Part shown: in pieces, positions 9,822 to 18,449 of the stretch
Layout of the letters: the number at the start of each line of letters is the position of its first letter
How positions within the stretch are numbered: the stretch's first letter is position 1
Origin: Zygophlyctis sp. KS116
Taxonomy: Eukaryota; Fungi; Chytridiomycota
Direction: 5' to 3'
NCBI GenBank assembly: GCA_054661495.1
Contig: BAAFSQ010000194.1
Span: 1-18,449 of the forward strand
DNA length: 18,449 bases
Notes under the pieces: model-generated
The model's input: only the letters and a program-made list of their open reading frames with translations
Database searches by the model: none
What the model was told of the DNA's origin: nothing
Program-made: the position numbers and the translations under genes

Positions 9822-9931
9822 TGTCTTGAAATAGGGCCGTTTGTAGTTTTGGGCGTCTGATGAGGCAGACGTTTAGCCCATGTTCAGGCCAACGATGAGG
9901 CCGACGCTGAGGCCGACGATCAGGTTGTAGA
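9822..9931. promoter_or_regulatory. GC/CpG-rich putative bidirectional promoter with a 12-bp tandem repeat
   Basis: AGGCCAACGATG / AGGCCGACGCTG / AGGCCGACGATC at 9886-9921, plus a degenerate AGGCAGACGTTT at 9863. Lies between divergent ATGs at 9821(-) and 9932(+). Confidence 0.6.
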
Positions 9932-10382
9932 ATGGCAAATCAGTCGCTGAAAAAGATTAAACAGCAGAACCAACTCAAACTAGGACTATATTTTAAAATT
10001 CAAGTCATAATTGCAATAATATCGGTTGTATATATGATTGTAAAATATCAAAATGAATCGTTAAGGGAAGGATCGCGGCTGCTGATTGTAAATGCTCTCG
10101 GTTTCTTGATACTAAGAAATTATAAAGATTCAAATTTAGATCTTGGTAAAACTCAAGGGATTGTTGGGTTACAGTTTGATTTTTTATATTTAGGATGGAT
10201 AACAGTCATACTATCTCTAGGAATTTCTAAACGTAATCTTTATTTTTATTAAATCTTTAGAGTTTTGGTGGTTATACGCTTGTATTCCAATTTTTGCTCT
10301 AGTAAAGGGGTTTCAAGTCTTTAAATCTTTTAGAAAAGAGTCTCCTCAACCGCAAAGGAAAACTAAATTAAGCTATGATTAG
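9932..10382 (+). CDS. TMEM208/SND2 (DUF788) ER-targeting membrane protein (140 aa); intron 10233-10260
   Basis: MANQSLKKIKQQNQLKL N-terminus, hydrophobic helices, DL...G...FDFLYL, SK|QFWWLYACIP and a basic tail are typical of the family. Confidence 0.8.
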
Positions 10383-11388
10383 CTATTGTCCCATAAGTTG
10401 AGATCTCTAGATTTTTAAAAAATAAAATTATTACCAATTCCAAGACTTGTCTCTGTTGATCCAATGGTAAAGACGCAATTTGTTCAGGAGTTAATTGTAA
10501 AACTTGCATTAAAAGAGCCTATTATTAGTAAATAAAGTATTACTTTTTGCTGTTCTTGGATTAAATCTCCTTGAGGAGGCGGTTGAACAGGCATTGGAGG
10601 AGGTTGAAATCCTTGTGCAGCCATTTGATTTCCAATGATTTGTTGCATAACGCTAGAATCTACTACATTCATTACAACTAATGCTTGAAAAAGAGCGTAT
10701 ACTAATTGAGGATTAGCTTGTAAAAGTAATCGACAATGATCTGGAGACTGCATTGCAAATAACTAGTCTTAATCTATAAACCGTTTACCTTTAGATAAGA
10801 CAGATATTCCAATAGTTGTACAGGATTAAGGGTACTCATAGTTGCAGATATAGAATCTGTTGAACTTATTAATGATGCAGTTGGCATAGCATTTTGTTGC
10901 ATGGGTTGATTCTGCTGAATCTGTGCATTAGGAGGCTGCATTTGACCCATTTGACCCATTTGACCCATCTGCCCCATTTGACTCATCTGCCCCATTTGAC
11001 TCATCTGACTCATCTGTCCCATTTGACTCATCTGTCCCATTTGACTCATCTGTCCCATTTGTGGATTACCTGAAACCGGAGCAGCTGCAGCCTTGGGTTT
11101 TACCGGCTTTCCCGCCTCATTGCCATCATCTGCATTGTCGGCATAATCTACTCTAAGAGTCCGCCCCCCTACATCATAATTGTTTAGATTTCTAACAGCC
11201 GAAGCAGCGATCTCAGAGTCTGGAAATGTACAAAATCCATAACCTTTTGGTTTTCCAGTATCTCGATCAAATACAATTCTAAAGTTTACAACAGGCCCCA
11301 CTTCAGCAAAGATTGAAGTAATTTGAGTTTCAGTAAAGTCATAAGGTATATTCCCAACAAAAACAACTCTTGATGGCTGTTTCGACAT
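10383..11388 (-). CDS. RNA15: Cleavage stimulation factor 64-kDa subunit / Rna15 (308 aa); introns 10763-10788, 10519-10543, 10407-10434
   Basis: RRM ([30 protein letters not shown]), hinge ([15 protein letters not shown]) and C-terminal [28 protein letters not shown]|RSQL. Confidence 0.95.
10942..11058 (-). repeat. Coding 9-bp tandem repeat, 13 units encoding (M-G/S-Q)13
   Basis: Plus strand units are variants of TTGACCCAT / CTGTCCCAT / TTGACTCAT. Confidence 0.95.
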
Positions 11389-11425
11389 GGATAACCACCG
11401 CCCCAACCTCTCAGTCTCATACAAG

Positions 11426-11671
11426 TTATAAAACTGTTGATTTTATTGTCGACTATTGATTTTAGCTATACATTACTAATAACTCTATCCACAGATAATT
11501 GTAGAAAATAAACTGCATCAAATGATTTAAATTTAAAATGTCCGGAATGAACTTTTTTACCTCTTTCGGACATGACAATTCAAACCCAATATATAAAGAG
11601 TCCATCAGCAAATTGTGATTTTGGGTGGGACATCGTTTCAAGATCTCATTCTTCGTGTTGTGTATTGACAT
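11426..11671 (-). CDS. Candidate small protein: 69 aa unspliced (stop at 11462) or 73 aa with a 24-nt intron at 11453-11476
   Basis: [17 protein letters not shown]...[12 protein letters not shown]|STIKSTVL*. It fills an otherwise anomalous 320-nt gap and includes an intron-like GTAATG...CTAA...TAG. No family recognised. Confidence 0.3.
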
Positions 11672-11708
11672 AGTGTTAAGTTGTCCGACGTACCTTGACC
11701 GTAAACTG

Positions 11709-13318
11709 ATGCAAGATAAACTAGAATTGCTACAACAACTCAAGGCTTCAAGGCTTAATAAGGAAAATGAATTTACAGCAAGAGTAAATCAGCAAGTTGG
11801 ATGGGAAGCGGTGCAAAAATATAGCAAGAATATTCAAACTGGAGTTTCAAATGGAATTTTGTATGATAAAAATGTTCAGACATTTGCTCCAACGTTTGAG
11901 AGTCAAATGCAAACTGATGATGTTTTAGATCTGAATCAGACGGCAAAGGGAAATGTTGAAACTACTCAAAATGATGAAACGGCTGAAAATGAAATGCAAA
12001 ATGTAAAAGTCTTTGATCAAAAAGAATTTGATCAGTTTTTACAGCAAAAGTATGATCTTATTTGTGAAATTCTAAGTCAGGAAACTCCTTTTAATGATGT
12101 TCAGGATTCAAAAGTACAAACTTGGATGGTTTCAAAGGATTATTGGTTAACTGATTTATGTGTACTGGGAGATACTATAGTTGCGTCTTTTGAAGTATTA
12201 CAAGGTGATAAAGATGATGGCGGTGTCATTATGTGGAAAAAAGGAGATTGTTTAGTAAAACGTCTACTAAAGGCACAAGTAAGTCTCAAGATTTAACAAA
12301 AAGTCTAGTGTAAAAAGGGTATGTATAGCTCCGTTTAATCCTTGTTTTATAATTGGAGGTACAAATTCAGGACAGATTTTAGTGTGGAATACAAAATTAG
12401 ATTCAGAGTTTCCTACACAAAAGACTCCGGCTTTTGGTTTAGTAGGTCATTCTGCTCCTATTTGTTCAATACAGATTATAGGGACATCTCAAGCATCTCA
12501 TATTATAAGTGCATCTAATGATGGGATTGTTTGTTCTTGGCAATTGAATATGCTTGCTCATCCTGTTGAATTACTAGAGTTAAGTCACCCACAGGATACA
12601 AAATGGGATAGTATAACTATATCATCATTGCGCTTTCCGAAACAAGGGACTAGTACTTTTTGGATAGGTACTTTAGCTGGAAATATACATCAAATTAATA
12701 GATTTGATCGTGCTGGTTGGTAAGTTTATTTGATTAAAATAAAAGTAAATCTGGGTTAGATATTTCCAAAATATACAAGGGGCATACTTCGCTAATAACT
12801 GGAATGGATTTTCATTCTAATATGGATTTTAAAGACTTGATGCTGACTTCTTCTTTTGACTGGACAGTAAAGTTGTGGAAAGTCAAGGTGATTTTTTAAT
12901 GATTTTTTAAATTTTAGTCAACAACTGAACTTTCTTCAGTAGTTTCTGAAATTGAACCTTTAGCAGTATTTGATGGTTTTGAAGAAGCAGTTCATGATGT
13001 TGCATGGTCTCCTACTCATCCCAGCGTATTTGCTTGCATTGATGGATCTGGTTATCTTTTTATATATAATTTAAATTTAAATACTTCAGTACTAGATTCT
13101 AATTCTAATTAAAATAGGATCCTATTCATTGTCAAAATGTTACTACTGATTCGGCTCTTCCTACAAAATTATATTGGGATCCAACTGGATCGTTTGTTTA
13201 TGTTTCAACTTCAGACGGTCAAATACACGCATGTAGTATATCCGAAGCCCATTATCAAGCTCAACAAGAAGAATCTGTCAAATTTCAAAAGATTATTTCC
13301 AATTGGGTTCATTCATAG
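11709..13318 (+). CDS. Cytoplasmic dynein intermediate chain, WD40 (~499 aa); introns 12279-12303, 12720-12745, 12888-12917, 13089-13117
   Basis: N-terminal helix, light-chain-site-like YDKNVQT, IIGGTNSGQILVW, GHSAPICS, NRFDRAG|CKSG, LMLTSSFDWTVKLW and VHDVAWSPTHPSVFACIDGSG. Confidence 0.9.
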
Positions 13319-13377
13319 GTACAAAGATCTAATTTTGGGCTTTTTTAACCGTCGACGTCAGACGGATTTTAAATATA

Positions 13378-16300
13378 ATGGATCAAGCATCAATTGATTT
13401 ACCAAATCTTCCAAAGGCCTCTGCTTTTAATGCCGAGATAGTAAGTCCATTTATCTTGTAAACTGTCTAGGTTGAGTCTCAAGTGACTAAACTCATGTCC
13501 GATTTAAAGACGTTAACTGATGAGAACTCGAATCTGGTCAAAGAAAAGCAACTGTTAGAAAAGGAGAAAATTGCGATTGAAAGAGATCTTAAGAAATCAA
13601 ATGGTAGATCATAAATACTTAAAATAGAGATCATTCAAAAATCCAAGGAAAAAAACTTTATTCAGTACATTATGGATGAGAATGCAAAGCTAAGAAATGA
13701 AATTGATACTCTCTTTGGGGTTCAGGCTCAAGTATCATTATTATCAAATTAATTTATAGAACGACGCACTGAAGATGCAGATATATTCTCTAGCTATGAG
13801 GGATGATTTTAAAAAGTTATCATCAGAAGAATTATCGCCAATCAAAAATAGCTCAGATCTAACAGCTGAAATCCAAATCTTAAAAGCTGAAAAAGAGGCG
13901 TCCGAAAAAGTACTTCAACAGTTGCGGGTCGAAAGAGACAAACTAGAATCGCAGCTTAGAAATCTTACCATTGACTTTCAGGATATTAAATTGCAATTAG
14001 AATCAGATAAGAAAAAAGTTTCTGCTGAAAATCCTGCGTCTGGACGGCTTTGGTGGGGGAAAGGAGTATCATCAGCGCCTAATCAGGTACCAGATTCGTC
14101 TAATATATCAAAAACTTCAAATGCCGAAAAAGTTGTTGAACAAGATTCAATAAATAATTTAAAGCCTGAAGGATTGAATTCTAGTACTAATTCATCGATG
14201 GACATCAAGGATCTAACTGCATCAAGACCCAACAATACTTCAGGCGAGTCAAACGCTCCTTCCGGACGTTATTGGTGGTCTAAAGGGATACCTTTACCCA
14301 CATCAGCTAATCAAAATGCTGCTAGTACAACTATTGATCAAATTAGTAATCAGGCGGTGAATGTGTCGGTTACTATAGATTCAACTCTGCCAGCCAAATC
14401 AGCTCCAGCTTCGACCCAAGGTGCAGGTGTAAAATCTTGGTGGGCTAAACCAGCAGTGGCAGCTCCAGCGCCAGTTAAAAATGATGATTCATCCACTAGC
14501 CTTAGTCCAGCGAAGAATAATGGCCCAAATGTAATTAATCAAGCTACTCTGCCTACCAATCCTAATGAAAGTACAGGTTCAACTGTGAATTCAAATATTT
14601 TACAGCTGCAGAATCAAATTTCTCAGCTTCAAGAAGAAAAAAATAAATTGCAGGCTGATTTAGAAGCATTGAATAAGCAGGAAAAAGATATTCAGGAAAA
14701 ATATGATCAGAATATTCAGTTGGAAAAGAAAAAAGCATTAGAAGCTCTAACAAAAGAACAAGAAGCTATTCATGAACTTGAACAATTTAAAGAAGAGCAC
14801 ACTTCATTGCACAGTAGATTATCAGATGCTAACAGCCAAATTGCAGCTCGAAAGGAAGAACTAGAAATCAAAACACATGAACTTATGAAAATCATATCCG
14901 ATCTGAAAACTGAACTTTCACAGAAAGCAAAGGATTTGCATTCTCTTCAATCTAAAGTTCAGCAGTTGAAGGAATCTCAAATTAAGGAATTAGAGAATAA
15001 TTCGAAAATGCTAAATGAAAAATTGGCCATTCTTCAGGACTCATTAAAGCTAACATCATCATCAGATTCTGAAGGCGTTGAGAGTCTTGCAAGAAAGTAC
15101 AATACAATTATTAAAGAGAGAGAAGAAAAAATCGAATCGATTATTCAGGAAAATCAATCAAAGATTCAATCTTTGATCAAAAAACATGAAGAGGAACTAG
15201 GCACAGCCAAAGAATCCTTTGAAGAGAAAATTAGAAATTTAAAATCAGAAAATGAGTTGCAGCTAGAAAAAATTAATCAAAGCCATCTGGATCTTTTGAA
15301 AAAGAAAGAGGCCGAATTATTGACAAATCTTGAAAATAATCAAAATCAAGTGACAGAATTGAAACATCAATTAGATACTGAATACGAAGAAAAACTGAAA
15401 AAAACAATCAATTCCTTGGAAGAAAAGTACCGATTAGAAAGAACGGAGCTTGAAGATCGTCTGAACAAGGAAATGGTTGCGATTCAAGTATCAAAAGGTG
15501 AATTCGAGGAAATGCTTAAAAAAGAGCAGAATGACTGGGAGGTTCGAGCTAAAAAAGAATCAAAAGATCTTAAAACAGAATATGAAGAAAACTTTAAGAA
15601 TCAAATTGCTAGTTTGGAAGAGAAGAGTCGTATCGAAAAACAGGACCTGGAAGATAAATTCAAGAAAGAAAAGCTTACAATGGAAGATCGTTTTATGAAG
15701 GAAAAGAATGAATGGGAAATCCATAACAAAAATCAAATGGCTACTGAATACGAAGAAAAGATTAAAAAACAGACTTTGTTACAGGAGGAAAGGATCAAAT
15801 CAGAGATATTGCTAGTCGAAGAAAAGTTTAAAAAGGAAAAACATACGCTTGAAGAATCACTTAAAAAGGCAAAACATGCGATTGAAGAGGCGTTTAAAAG
15901 GGAAAAAAATGAATCCGAAGAAAAATCCAAAAAAGAAAAAGGTGAATGGGATGCTCAACTCAAAAAAGAAAAAAAGGAAATAGAGGATAATTTCTCTAAA
16001 GAAAGACAAAAACTAGTCAATGAGATTGAAACTAAGAAGAAAGAAATAACAGCATTAGAAAGCACTAAAAATGACTTATCCAAGAAGATTGAAAAGGCAA
16101 ATTTAGATTTTGAAAAGCTAAAGAAGGACTCAGCTACCAGTGAAAACTCAAAGCAAGAAAATATTAAAAAACTTGAAAAGGATTTATCAGCAAACAAGGA
16201 TGAACTGAACAAGAGTCTGACAAAGATTAAGTCATTAGAAGCAGAAAATACGCTCCTTAAAACAGAAAAACAAAAGACTATAGATGGTTTAGAGAAAAAA

Positions 16301-17420
16301 ATCAAGGAAAACCAAACAAACTTTGATAGTAGACTCCAAGAATATGAAAAACTCAAGGAAGAAACTCCCAAGCTTACCTTCAAAATTGATCAACTTACTG
16401 AATCATTAGCGCGACTTGAATCAGCTAATCAAGTACAATCTGCAGAGTATGAAGTTCTTAAATCTTCATATACTCATACAACAAAAGCAATTCAAGAAAA
16501 AGAAGAAAACCTCAAGAAACTGAAAATTAAATTAGATGAACAAACTAAAGCAGAAAATTCATTAAAGAAGACTCTTTCTAAACTTGAAAAAGAAAAGGAA
16601 GATCTATCAAGACAAGTTGAAGAAACTATTAGTAAGATTACGACATCTGAAAGCCGGGCCATTGAACATGAAAAAGATTTAAACAATTTACAAAAAACAT
16701 TTAATGAAAATTCAGAGCAATTAACTCTAACCCAAAATGAAAAGAATGATTTAACACTCAAACTTGAAAACTTGGAAAAAGAATTCAAAATATCCGATCG
16801 AAAGAATACAGTCATTGTAAAATTAAATCTATAATACTAAATATTAGATCAAAGATCTTCAAAAACAATTACTCAAAGAAAGAAAAAAGAATGAAGATGA
16901 ATCTATAAAGGATGATACAAAGAGTCTCGGTGGAATTGTGTCCGAAAACAAGAAATCTGAAATTGGAGTGCCTAAAGTTGAAAAAGTAATATCATCTCTT
17001 TTAATCCGTAGTTGACTGATGACTTAATTTCTTTATATCAAGACAATAACAGCCTAAAGAAAAAGATTAAGCTTGCTGATGAACAAATTAAAACTTTGAA
17101 TGAAAAGATTTCTAAATTATTAGAAGAGTCCGAAACCAAGTCTAAAACTATTCGTCAGTACATACTTCGAGATAATTCATCAAAATTACTGCCTGATGAA
17201 AAATCATTAAACAAGGTACATTGTAGTAAATAATTTAGTAGGGATTTAACATGAATATCCTCTCTAATGGATCAGCAATGAGTAAAATGGATCCATCAAT
17301 ACTTTGCGATATCAATTTAAAAATGCAAAAATTATTAGAAGTATATATTATTTTTTATGATGAAAATAGGAATTAACTTTAAGAATCCAAACTTTAGAAT
17401 CACAAATCAACAAATGCTAA
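13378..17420 (+). CDS. GRIPAP1/GRASP-1-like long coiled-coil protein (~1282 aa); introns 13441-13470, 13604-13627, 13732-13759, 16817-16847, 16986-17011, 17216-17241, 17341-17369
   Basis: N-terminal IQKSKEK...DENAKLR...QNDALK and C-terminal RKNTVI|[26 protein letters not shown] and [11 protein letters not shown]|ELTL resemble the conserved GRIPAP1 segments as recalled. The middle region is E/K-rich coiled coil. Confidence 0.7.
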
Positions 17421-17652
17421 CGGGCCTCGAATTGAACCACTTTGGATGAATAATATAAAACTTACTTCTACTTGTTCTTTGTTTGTACATGATTCTATAC
17501 CCACATTCTTTACATCTTATAGGTTCTCTTGGTCTGATTTCATTCTTAACGCCACATTCTAGAGTTAATGCATCTCTATTACCTCCACAGAGATAGACAA
17601 CCTGATTTACTTCAGCGGTTCCATTTGTCCCTGTCTGATTCCAATCAGCCAT
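17417..17652 (-). CDS. RPB12: RNA polymerases I/II/III common subunit RPABC4 (61 aa); introns 17559-17582, 17440-17465
   Basis: Spliced VVYLCG|[31 protein letters not shown]|MVQFEAR*, with the canonical zinc ribbon and C-terminus. Confidence 0.97.
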
Positions 17653-17715
17653 TTTAAATTTTCAATCGTTCGTAGGGCCGGTGCCACAATTTCTGTCCGA
17701 AAATGCTAGAGAGCT

Positions 17716-17773
17716 ATGGAAGCTTTTCGCATGATCCAATAGCTTCCAGAAGCTTTTCTTGTAAACTATAAAA
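17716..17773 (+). promoter_or_regulatory. HSP20 promoter: heat-shock-element-like nGAAn arrays, CCAAT and TATA box
   Basis: GAAGCTTTTC at 17719 and 17749; cTTCc-aGAAg-cTTTt at 17743-17757; CCAAT at 17736; TATAAAA at 17767-17773, 45 nt upstream of the ATG. Confidence 0.7.
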
Positions 17774-17811
17774 GGAGAGCCGATTCCTCTAAATTTATAG
17801 AAATTCTTTGA

Positions 17812-18276
17812 ATGTCTCTTACAAGATTTATGTCTGATTTTACTGATCCCTTTATGGATTCTTCAATGATGATGGGACCACTTATGACTGATCCATTCTT
17901 TTCTCGTAGATTCCAAGATCCTTGGTCTTTACAACGTCTTGGTACAGACGAGTCTTTTTCTCCAAGAGTTGATGTTTGGGATACTGGAAATGCCATTAGA
18001 GTTCATGCAGATTTACCAGGAGTTCCTAAAGAAAATGTCTCTGTTGAAATTCAAAATGGAAATCTTCATATTCAAGGTCAAACTTCTCAAGATAAAGAAT
18101 ATGAAACATTTGATAGTAGAGTCCGAGAGCGTAGATTTGGAAAATTCTCTCGGATTATGGCACTTCCTTCAGACATTGATGAGTCTAAAGTTCAAGCTGA
18201 ATTCAAGAATGGTGTATTGGAAATGAATATTTCAAAAAAGCCTGAAGCGCAACCAAAGAGAATCAAAGTTGCATAG
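17812..18276 (+). CDS. Small heat shock protein (HSP20/alpha-crystallin family, 154 aa, intronless)
   Basis: PRVDVWD, ADLPGVPKENVSVEI, ERRFGKFSRIMALP, AEFKNGVLEMNI and the C-terminal IKV motif; AATAAA at 18286. Confidence 0.96.
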   Translation: MSLTRFMSDFTDPFMDSSMMMGPLMTDPFFSRRFQDPWSLQRLGTDESFSPRVDVWDTGNAIRVHADLPGVPKENVSVEIQNGNLHIQGQTSQDKEYETFDSRVRERRFGKFSRIMALPSDIDESKVQAEFKNGVLEMNISKKPEAQPKRIKVA

Positions 18277-18359
18277 TTTGGCACCAATAAACAAATTTTT
18301 CTTGATCTTATCTCTAATGACGATGATATAATCCATGATGACCATAATCCTCTTATGAA

Positions 18360-18384
18360 ACCAGATGGTATCATACCATCTGGT
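18360..18384. repeat. Perfect 11-bp inverted repeat with a 3-nt loop
   Basis: ACCAGATGGTA-TCA-TACCATCTGGT. Confidence 0.85.
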
Positions 18385-18449
18385 CGAGATATCAGCTCAC
18401 AAGCTACTCATCTTCAACTCCGTCAGTTTATTGGTCAAGACTTGGCAGC

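Noticed and set aside
9857-9921. Hammerhead-ribozyme-like text (CTGATGAGGC...; GATGAGGCC...GGCCGAC)
   Set aside because: The required GAAA after stem II is missing (GACG/CATG instead) and no stems I/III are evident. It is better explained by the 12-bp promoter repeat.
10942-11058. CRISPR-like or telomeric array
   Set aside because: Contiguous 9-bp coding units with no spacers, inside RNA15.
11538-11573. U5 snRNA loop I
   Set aside because: The loop reads ACTTTTTTAC rather than the invariant GCCTTTTAC, and the rest of the U5 structure is not evident.
15477-16815. Antisense and alternate-frame ORFs (15477+, 15733-, 15955-, 16492-; likewise 381-, 2705-, 6815-, 9317-, 17939+ and others)
   Set aside because: They are shadows of real genes. 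The F/S/L-rich content mirrors E/K-rich codons and no independent motifs are present.
2650-18276. Alternative genetic code (TAA/TAG = Gln, as in some aphelids and ciliates) to explain the fragmented ORFs
   Set aside because: TAG/TAA terminate RPB7, RPB12, IFT43 and HSP20 at their expected C-termini. Internal stops all fall within GT-AG introns, most of which also shift frame.

Overview
This is eukaryotic DNA: an AT-rich, extremely compact, intron-containing region. It most plausibly comes from a zoosporic (flagellated) fungus such as a chytrid. This is inferred from IFT43 and DRC7 occurring with a fungal-type dynein intermediate chain (RFDRAG motif). Manual splicing gives 12 complete genes: an intronless Crinkler/CR-type effector (helical header + P-loop NTPase + restriction-endonuclease-like domain), RPB7, IFT43, an uncharacterised ARM/HEAT-like protein, DRC7/CCDC135, ASF1, TMEM208/SND2, RNA15/CSTF2 (-), cytoplasmic dynein intermediate chain, a GRIPAP1-like coiled-coil protein, RPB12/RPC10 (-) and an HSP20. 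Two candidate microproteins and partial genes at the edges are also present. All 39 modelled introns are 24-32 nt, with degenerate splice signals. Genes are packed 10-22 nt apart in tandem, abut with a 0-nt gap, or overlap at their stop codons. The ORF track fragments most genes because it ignores these tiny introns. Family calls come from motifs recognised by eye; no database search was run.
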